Below, piece by piece: positions 61,020 through 64,000 of a stretch of 64,000 nt of DNA. Source of the DNA: Negaprion brevirostris (taxonomy: Eukaryota). Below the pieces are notes generated by a model, which saw only the letters and a list, made by a program, of their open reading frames with translations, was not told the DNA's origin and searched no databases. Position numbers and translations under genes: made by a program. Each line of letters begins with the position of its first letter. The first letter of the stretch is position 1. The stretch is taken from assembly GCA_030324005.1 (NCBI GenBank), contig JARDVH010000128.1:12385786-12449785 (forward strand), given 5' to 3'.

Positions 61020-64000
61020 AAAGTGCAGAAGGAGGTATTCAGCACATTGAGTCTACACCTACTCTCCAACAGAGCATCTTACCCTGGCAATTCCCCACTC
61101 CCATGTCCGTAACCCGCTTATATACATGGCCAATCCCCCCCTAACCTGCACATCCTTGCACACTAAGGGGTAACTTACCATGGCCAAACTACATAACCCG
61201 CACATCTTTGGACTGTGGGAGGAAATGCCCACAGACAGGGGGAGAATATGCAAACTCCACACTGACAGTCACCCAAGGCCAGAATTGAACCCAGTTCCCT
61301 GGCGCTGTGAGACTGCAGTGCTTCCATTGTACCATCATGCCACCCCTACTTCTGATTGGCTCTCAAAGCTGGAAGACCACTCTGTCTCCAGGCTAATCAA
61401 GGGGACACAATGAAAATCACAATGACACTGTTCCTGAAACTCCTCTCTCCTCAGCCCCCGCAGAGAATGGGGGCACCTTCAAAATCCAGAAGCAGTCGTA
61501 GCTTTTGTTCCTGCTCCATTCCCCTACCACCCTCCCTCCTCCTGGCCCCCGCAACCGTGAGGCAATGCAAGCCCACAAGAGGTATTGAGAAGTGTAACTA
61601 AAGAGGAGGAGTGTTTGAAGTTGGAGGGGAGAGAAGAAAATAAGGAGGGAATACTAGCTTAAGGTGCAGAAAGCACGACAATCATTTAAAAAAATTATTT
61701 ATGATTACCAGTAGGCTTACATTAACACTGCAACGAAGTCATTGTGAAAATCCCCTGGTCGCCACACTCCAGCGCTTGTTCAGGTACACTGAGGGAGAAT
61801 TTAGTATGGCCAGTGAGAGAATTTAGTATGGCCAGTGAAGCTGTGGTAGGCACATTAACCAAAAACACTGTCACAAAATCACTGATATTTTGCCCTCTCT
61901 CTTGTTGGAAAAGATCACGCACAATAGAAAAGAACATTGTAGGGCCATGGGAGACTGGGACCCCACACGTCCAGAGCCCTTTGGGCAAGGTGATCATCTG
62001 TACCCTGGGGCTGGTTGCAACAGAACCTGTGGCACGTGACTTTGCTGGGAACATTGAGGCTGATGGTATTTTCTTACCTTATACCCCTCCTCAACTCCCA
62101 ACTCCTTATCACCCTGCAGATGGGTAACTCAGTTACTGGAACTGTCCATATCTTAGACACTAGNNNNNNNNNNGCCAAGGGGAAAAGACAGTTCATGTGC
62201 TATCCTTCCAGAGGATAAGGGCACAGACAAATTCTAATGCAGAGGTCTCAGAGGAAGACTTTGTTGCAGTAGCAAACAGTGCAGTGAAGTGCTGATGAGA
62301 ATGCACACTGAGATGCTGGTGCATTGACTGACCTGTCACAGCCTCCCATCATAGTTAAGCAGCATGAAAGAGCCTGATTCCAACTTGGCAGAGGAGATGG
62401 CGCAGAGCTTGCCTTCTCCACTGTTTCTAGAATCATGAATCATGGAACCCCTACAATTCTGCAAGAGGCCATTCAGCCCATTGAGTCTGCACCGACCACA
62501 ATCCCACTCATGCCCTATTTCCATAACTCCACATGTTTATTCTGCTAATCCCNNNNNNNNNNNNNNNNNNNNNNNNNNNNNNNNNNNNNNNNNNNNNNNN
62601 NNNNNNNNNNNNNNNNNNNNNNNNNNNNNNNNNNNNNNNNNNNNNNNNNNNNAACCCGTGCATCTTTGGACTGTGGGAGGAAACCCATGCAGACATGGGG
62701 AGAATGTGCAAACTTCACACAGACAGTGACCCAAGCTGAGAATCGAAGCCGGGTCCCTGGCACGGTGAGGCAGCAGTGCTAACCCACTGTGCCACTGTGG
62801 TGCCTGTCAAAACTTATGATTCAGACAGGCTCCATAAAACACTTTGGAGTTTGTGACCTGAACCATTACAGTATTTCTCCTGGTGCCATTTACTGCTTTC
62901 ATATTTGCTCTGTAATCGTCGTCACATTAATAATAAGATAACGACACCGTCTTTATAGCTTTGCTGCAACTTACAGTTTAATTCAGCATTCATTGACATT
63001 TCAGCATTGTTTGACAGCAGGAGGATAGCTGGGTAGATATTCTGTCCTCTTTCTACCCAGGTGAATGATGTGTACCTATTCAAAAATGTTAAATCAGTGC
63101 AGGGTTCATCAAACTGCAAGTATTGGTGATTCTATTAATGTCACCCTCACAAAAACACATTGTTAATGAATGAAAAGGTAATGATTTGCAGGCTCCCATT
63201 CTGAGCTTCATTTCCACTTGGTCGACATTGTCACTGACACCATTGAGAATTCTCCCAGGAGAAGTAGCTGAAGGCAAGCTGTCTCGGACAGGCTGAGTGT
63301 GACACAGTCAACGCCTTCAGGGGAGGAGGGAGAAAATCTGAGGAAGAATTACCTCAAGGCAGAGGTAGAATGGTTTCTTTTATTTCTTTCCTCCACCAGT
63401 TTCCTCCCAACCCTCTCTGGGTTCCCTCTGACCAAGTGACCATCTTTTCCCTTCAACTTGGGCTATCAAGTACTTACAGCAAAGGGCCATTCAGCCCATC
63501 TGATGTGTGCACTCCACACATGCCTCACCTTTATCTAACCTCCCAAACTCTCCCTTACTGTCTCTTGTAATTATTTAGCTTCTCTTAAAATGTATCTATT
63601 CTATTCATCTCAACTACTTCCTGTGGTAGCGAGTTCCACATTCCAACTGCTCTCTGGATAAAGAGATTTCCTGGATCCTCTAATGGATTAATTCATAGAA
63701 TCCCGACCAGTGCAGAAGGAGACCATTCGGTCCATCGAGTCTGCACCAACCACAATCCTATCCAGGCCCTATTCCTGTAATCCCACATATTTATCCTGTT
63801 AATCCCCTGACACTAGGGTCAATTTAGCACGGCCCATCAACCTAACCTGCACATCTTTGGACTGTGGGAGGAAACCGGAGCACCCGGAGGAAACCCATGC
63901 AGACATGAGGAGAAGGTGCAAACTCCACACAGACGGTGACCTGAGGCTGGAATTGAACTTGGGTCCCTAGCGCTGTGAGGCAGCAGTGCTAACCACTGTG
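61020..64000 (-). mobile_element. Three minus-strand HE1-like V-SINEs with tail A (61020-61343, 62430-62803, 63693-64000)
   Basis: cacatctttggactgtgggaggaaa...tgcaaactccacac...gaggcagcagtgctaacc in each copy. Confidence 0.9.

Noticed and set aside
61795-61838. 22-nt tandem duplication gagaatttagtatggccagtga
   Set aside because: Local slippage or duplication at a truncated SINE end; unremarkable.
55579-64000. Next CARD11 exon (rest of the PDZ domain)
   Set aside because: No matching peptide with splice sites found by eye; it probably lies beyond the window or in a gap.

Overview
Eukaryotic, repeat-rich genomic DNA with many N gaps. It is almost certainly a shark (cartilaginous fish), inferred from HE1/V-SINE-type tRNA SINEs, CR1/L2/RTE LINE debris and a 70-bp satellite unit. 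The whole window lies inside one + strand gene, CARD11 (CARMA1). Ten GT-AG exons (2830-55578; 1302 nt, 434 codons, phases fully consistent) encode the end of the coiled coil, the whole inhibitory linker and the start of the PDZ domain; the start and end of the gene lie outside the window. The introns hold about 17 HE1-like SINE copies with two different 3' tails, DeuSINE-like copies, LINE fragments, Harbinger-like MITEs and a decayed Harbinger transposase. Most interesting signals: (1) a U1+U2 snRNA-headed element upstream of a linker exon, with the architecture of SINEU, which I know only from crocodilians; (2) Penelope-type short elements carrying minimal hammerhead-ribozyme motifs, one a near-perfect hairpin with a 15-bp target-site duplication; (3) a cluster of frame-preserving candidate cassette/micro-exons in the intron that interrupts the PKC-regulated linker; (4) a 52-nt near-identical direct repeat bracketing one exon. 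Family names and human comparisons come from recalled sequences, not from database searches.
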